Positions 60,562-64,000 of a DNA stretch of 64,000 nucleotides are shown here, in pieces. A program made the position numbers and the translations under genes. The notes under the pieces were generated by a model. That model had not been told where the DNA came from. It saw only the letters and a list, made by a program, of their open reading frames with translations, and searched no databases. This stretch comes from a virus (taxonomy: Duplodnaviria; Heunggongvirae; Uroviricota; Caudoviricetes), in IMG/VR virus record IMGVR_UViG_3300033146_007472; one strand, 5' to 3'. Every line of letters begins with the position of its first letter. Positions within the stretch are counted from its first letter, which is position 1.

Positions 60562-61155
60562 TTAAGTTTTGATAATAAATTCGCCAAACTCTTGGCGTAA
60601 CTCAGTTATTAGGCTTTCAGCTGAAGTCGGCGAGAAGCGCTTTAGGCTTCGTAGGCGTTTCAATTTTCCGTCCAGAATAAGTATTGATAATAAGTATCGT
60701 TCCGGAAAATCAGAAACTTCAGGTTCGGCGAATTTTCCGCCGAGAACAATCATGCCGTCATAAGTTTTAGAGTTTGAGAGCGTTAAAACGCGTGTTTTAG
60801 AGTTTCGAAGAAGCTCTCGAAACGAAATACGCTTATGTTTTGACGTAGATTGTGCCGGCAGTTCGGTTTTGTAGCTCTGGACAGCAGGGGGTGTAATATC
60901 TAAATCATAATATTTTGCAATAGTTGAAGTAGAGAGTATGTCTTCCGTCAGTAGAAAGATAAGTTCTTTAATACGTACGATCTGCTCTTCAGCACAGAGT
61001 ATTGAAGCTTCGGATAAGATCGCGCCAAGAACACCAATAGAAGCTTCCTTGTCTTTAAGCTCAAGTGCCTGAGCGTACTCAGTTAATTTAGTGCAGAAAA
61101 CATCGTTAAGACGATGTGACTGTGTTTGAAATGTACATAAAGACTCGATAGACAT
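60562..61155 (-). CDS. hypothetical protein
   Basis: ORF track. Confidence 0.45.
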   Translation of the reverse strand: MSIESLCTFQTQSHRLNDVFCTKLTEYAQALELKDKEASIGVLGAILSEASILCAEEQIVRIKELIFLLTEDILSTSTIAKYYDLDITPPAVQSYKTELPAQSTSKHKRISFRELLRNSKTRVLTLSNSKTYDGMIVLGGKFAEPEVSDFPERYLLSILILDGKLKRLRSLKRFSPTSAESLITELRQEFGEFIIKT

Positions 61156-61191
61156 TGCAGATCTGTCCTTTCAGCGCGAGGTTAGAGTAAG

Positions 61192-61428
61192 CTAGTCATC
61201 CGAGTATATAGTAGGTTCATTCTCAGAGGTTTCAGAAACTTCAACGACTTGAATACCGAATAAACCTTTAAGTACTGGAGGTAGAAAAATATAAACCACG
61301 CAGAAGAAACCAAAATATTTAAGAAACTCAAAGTCTGTAAAATGCCCACCATTATTGAACGAAAAATATGAAGATACTCCACTAGCTATTACGAGTAGCA
61401 GAATAGTCTTACCGAGAAGTTTGAGCAT
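61192..61428 (-). CDS. small membrane protein
   Basis: 2 TM helices. Confidence 0.3.
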   Translation of the reverse strand: MLKLLGKTILLLVIASGVSSYFSFNNGGHFTDFEFLKYFGFFCVVYIFLPPVLKGLFGIQVVEVSETSENEPTIYSDD

Positions 61429-61446
61429 ACTTAGAGCCTTGTTAGT

Positions 61447-62046
61447 TTAAATTGAAGAAACTTCAGCCTGAATTTTCGACATCGCGGAATCTAGTGTCGT
61501 AGAAAGAGCATAATGCGACACGCCAGTCTGTCGTGAAAACGCCCGTAATACTGCGTTTTTCGAAATATCGGTAGCATAATATATATAATAAATCAAACTT
61601 TTTTCAAATGCGGTTAAAGTACTAAGCAAAGAAGCCGAAAGAGCCAGATACATAATTTCGCGATTTTTGAGTGCAATTTTATGCTCGGAAAGAGTGTCGC
61701 CTAGAAATTCAGTAGCAAATGCCGCGTCTTCGACAGCAACTTTAGAAATTGGTGATTGTTTGTCATCAGCATCAAATGATTCGAGTAAAAGAAAATCTTT
61801 AGCTTTAGAACGGATTAGCTCATTTTTTAGCGAGCGTATCGCGTAATTTTTGAAATTACCACGAGAGGCATCGTATTTTTGAAGAGTTCGCTCGAGTACG
61901 ATGTAAGAGATTGATAGAATCTCTTCAGCTTCAAGATTGACACTTTTAGACTCAGCCTTTACAACGCGATGCACGTAATTAGCTACGTCTTCGCCGTAGC
62001 CTTCGCTAATAACCGCTAATGACCGCTGTAGTGTTTGATGATCCAT
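61447..62046 (-). CDS. sigma-70 family (ECF-like) sigma factor, tentative
   Basis: region-2-like ISYIVLERTLQKYDASRGNFKNYAIRSLKNELIR; region-4-like ALKNREIMYLAL ... ISKNAVLRAFSRQTGVSHYALSTTLDSAMSKI. Confidence 0.4.
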   Translation of the reverse strand: MDHQTLQRSLAVISEGYGEDVANYVHRVVKAESKSVNLEAEEILSISYIVLERTLQKYDASRGNFKNYAIRSLKNELIRSKAKDFLLLESFDADDKQSPISKVAVEDAAFATEFLGDTLSEHKIALKNREIMYLALSASLLSTLTAFEKSLIYYIYYATDISKNAVLRAFSRQTGVSHYALSTTLDSAMSKIQAEVSSI

Positions 62047-62198
62047 AAATAGTCTCCTATAACTGGCAGTTTAATTTATTCAGTTTTAGTGGTAAAAGAG
62101 ACTGTTTTTCTTCACTTGTTAAAAGATGCATATAAAAGATCTTAAGCAATGCTTAGTTTTCGGAAAATACCGAGCCTACATATATTACTGAGACGGAG

Positions 62199-63095
62199 AT
62201 GAATATGGGATTTTTGAATCGTAGTAAAGAAAAATCAGAACGTAAAAAAGAATTACACAATGCTGGAAAAGTAGTATTTGCGGCAAAAGTAGCTGAGAAG
62301 AATGCGGCAAATGCTGAAGTTGAGAGTATGTTACTAGCTGAAGAAGTCGAGCAGCCGATGGAAGATGCTGATGCTACGCTCACGAAGAAAAAGAAACTCT
62401 TTATGTATGGAGGTTTAGTAGCTGTCGCGGTCGTGTTATTAGTAGTCGTTGCGTTTCCAGGCAAAAAAACAACTAAGCCGATGCCAACTAAATTACAAAC
62501 TGCAAGAGTACCTATCGCAGTTGAAAAAACGACACCGACAGCGCAGTTTACGCCGGTAGCGCAAAAGCCAGAAATTGCAAAAACTCCAGCGCAGTCTTCG
62601 CTCCAAGGAGTAAAAGCAGCTTTAGCGGCGTATGCAAGACCAGCGAAAGAAGAAGTGTCGGTAGAGCAAGCTGAGGAAGCAATGAAATTGCAAAATTCAG
62701 TAGCAATGCTTGCAGAAGACATGTCGGTTGCCAAAGCAACTATTGCAAAGTTGCAGTCAGAATTAAATAAAACGTCAAAACGCGCAGAACAGACGGAGAA
62801 ACTTGCGTTTCAGATTCAAATTTTACAGACTACTGTCGAAAAACAAGAAAAAGAGCTTCTAAAAATTGCACTAGCTAAACAAGCACAGAAAACAAAAGCT
62901 AAAACAGCTTCAACAATCAAGATCCTAGATAATTCAAACTTCAAATACCGAAATAGCATATATTCTGTCGGAAGTATCTTAGAGATTGAAAGCAAAGTGT
63001 ATGTAGTCTTGCGTATTGTTAAAGACGGGCAAAAGGCCGGAGTATATGTGCAAGACAAATTTGATAATCGTTGGAAGATCTCAGAAAAGAAATAA
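62199..63095 (+). CDS. membrane-anchored coiled-coil protein
   Basis: TM LFMYGGLVAVAVVLLVVVAF; K/E/Q-rich coiled coil. Confidence 0.5.
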   Translation: MNMGFLNRSKEKSERKKELHNAGKVVFAAKVAEKNAANAEVESMLLAEEVEQPMEDADATLTKKKKLFMYGGLVAVAVVLLVVVAFPGKKTTKPMPTKLQTARVPIAVEKTTPTAQFTPVAQKPEIAKTPAQSSLQGVKAALAAYARPAKEEVSVEQAEEAMKLQNSVAMLAEDMSVAKATIAKLQSELNKTSKRAEQTEKLAFQIQILQTTVEKQEKELLKIALAKQAQKTKAKTASTIKILDNSNFKYRNSIYSVGSILEIESKVYVVLRIVKDGQKAGVYVQDKFDNRWKISEKK

Positions 63096-63286
63096 TGGCC
63101 GGAAGACGTAACACGGATAAGCGCTTAAGAGCTTTGTGGAAATGGAGCGCTTACCAGGTAAAGTTTCATGGCTTCTCGCTATTCTAGCAAACGTCAAAAA
63201 AAATATAGCAAGCCGAAATAGCTCGGAACCAAACTAATCGCGAAAACGCGAGAAGAAATCAATCAAAAAATAAGGAGAACATAACG

Positions 63287-63595
63287 ATGAGTGAACGTGT
63301 CGGTAAAGGTGATTTGATGGAAGTCCTGCAAGGCGCTCTAGAACTAAAAGGTATTCAAGTAAGCGTAGTAGAAACGGCAAAAATAATTGAAGCGATGGCA
63401 GATTCAATTACGAAGCTAATGAAAGAGCGTGGTAAAGTGAATATTCCGGCCTTCGGAACTTTCGTCGTAGTTCGAACAGATCCACGTCGTGCAAGAAACC
63501 CGAAAACCGGAGAAGAAGTACAGATCCCGGAAAAATTTCGGCCGAAGTTTAAAGCTGCACAAAAGCTTCAGCAAGTTTTTAACCCAGTAAAGTAA
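63287..63595 (+). CDS. hup: HU/IHF-family DNA-binding protein
   Basis: GFGTFVVVRTDPRRARNPKTGEEVQIPEKFRPKFKAAQKL arm motif; SD AAGGAG. Confidence 0.85.
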   Translation: MSERVGKGDLMEVLQGALELKGIQVSVVETAKIIEAMADSITKLMKERGKVNIPAFGTFVVVRTDPRRARNPKTGEEVQIPEKFRPKFKAAQKLQQVFNPVK

Positions 63596-63620
63596 GCTTA
63601 AGGTTATAATATACGCAACG

Positions 63621-63656
63621 AAAAAAGCCTGTCTGAAAATGACAGGCTTTTTTCGT
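63621..63656. terminator. bidirectional rho-independent terminator
   Basis: AAAAAAGCCTGTC-TGAAAAT-GACAGGCTTTTTT. Confidence 0.6.
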
Positions 63657-63666
63657 TGCCCAGGTA

Positions 63667-63984
63667 TTAGAGTTGTCTACTGAAACTTCTTCGTAGTGTG
63701 CTAGCATTCGCTGCTGAAGACAATGTTTCGGCCATTTCAAAAGCTTCTTCAATATCTGTAGTCAATTCCAATGACTGAAAAACTTTCGCCATAAAATCAT
63801 CATATTGGTCAAAATGCGGCGCTATACGCGTCGGATGCATAGCGTGCTCGGCATACGCCGCGAGAGCCTCGTCAGACGGTTCAGAGAATCCGGAATAGGT
63901 ATAGGTGCCAGACGGAGGTGAGGCTATTCCACGGCAGAAGCTGTCTTTGCGACCAGAAGTGGCAGCGTCGAAGTTTATAGGCAA
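63667..63984 (-). CDS. hypothetical protein (start may lie beyond window)
   Basis: ORF track; near window edge. Confidence 0.3.
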   Translation of the reverse strand: MPINFDAATSGRKDSFCRGIASPPSGTYTYSGFSEPSDEALAAYAEHAMHPTRIAPHFDQYDDFMAKVFQSLELTTDIEEAFEMAETLSSAANASTLRRSFSRQL

Positions 63985-64000
63985 GTCGACGCGGAAGTGC

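Noticed and set aside
62153-62734. 193-aa Ala/Ser/Thr-rich minus-strand ORF and 62548..62739 ORF
   Set aside because: Antisense to the coiled-coil gene 62199..63095; composition is a mirror-image artefact.
1-64000. tRNA/rRNA genes
   Set aside because: Scanning intergenic regions for T-loop (GTTCGAATC-like) and cloverleaf patterns found nothing convincing. A tRNAscan or Infernal run would be needed to exclude them.

Overview
This 64 kb window is AT-rich (about 38-40% GC) and Shine-Dalgarno-led, and it looks like part of a large mobile genetic element (megaplasmid, ICE or phage-plasmid) from a Gram-negative, probably host-associated bacterium. It is not ordinary chromosome. It falls into three blocks.

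Block 1 (1-13.9 kb) carries DNA/RNA-metabolism and maintenance genes:
- A membrane-anchored HD phosphohydrolase, a RecD2-like SF1 helicase and an HExxH-metallopeptidase/vWA protein sit in a co-oriented trio. This trio is the best candidate here for an undescribed NTP-dependent conflict or processing system.
- There is also an HNH-zinc-finger::ATP-dependent RNA ligase fusion.
- An SPFH/NfeD operon follows.
- A type Ib partition cassette (ParA plus a small RHH-like protein) lies next to at least 7 TATCCGTATAC iterons.

Block 2 (13.9-34 kb) is an accessory island with low coding density:
- A roughly 125 bp palindrome-rich element is duplicated.
- A conserved upstream motif, GATAGACAGAAGCCGG (reverse complement CCGGCTTCTGTCTATC), recurs 30-90 nt upstream of at least 6 minus-strand genes and is a candidate element-specific promoter.
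- Four paralogous families of small membrane or secreted proteins are present.
- An ankyrin-repeat family has one member frameshifted and one decayed to a pseudogene.
- It also holds a secreted endonuclease I and several unknowns.

Block 3 (34-64 kb) is backbone-like:
- Recognisable genes are tmk, a PD-(D/E)xK nuclease-like protein, DUF736, a very bacterial recA and a stand-alone Zn-ribbon/TOPRIM primase.
- An envelope module includes two secretin-N/STN-like proteins, a membrane-anchored protein with four ALQAKLARLFP-R repeats, a 1137-aa giant protein, and a VirB1-like lytic transglycosylase.
- A minus-strand operon is headed by a sigma-70/ECF-like factor and contains a VirB10/TrbI-like protein.
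- An HU gene follows.

No tRNA, rRNA, CRISPR array or transposase was recognised. All calls rest on motif reading; no database search was possible.
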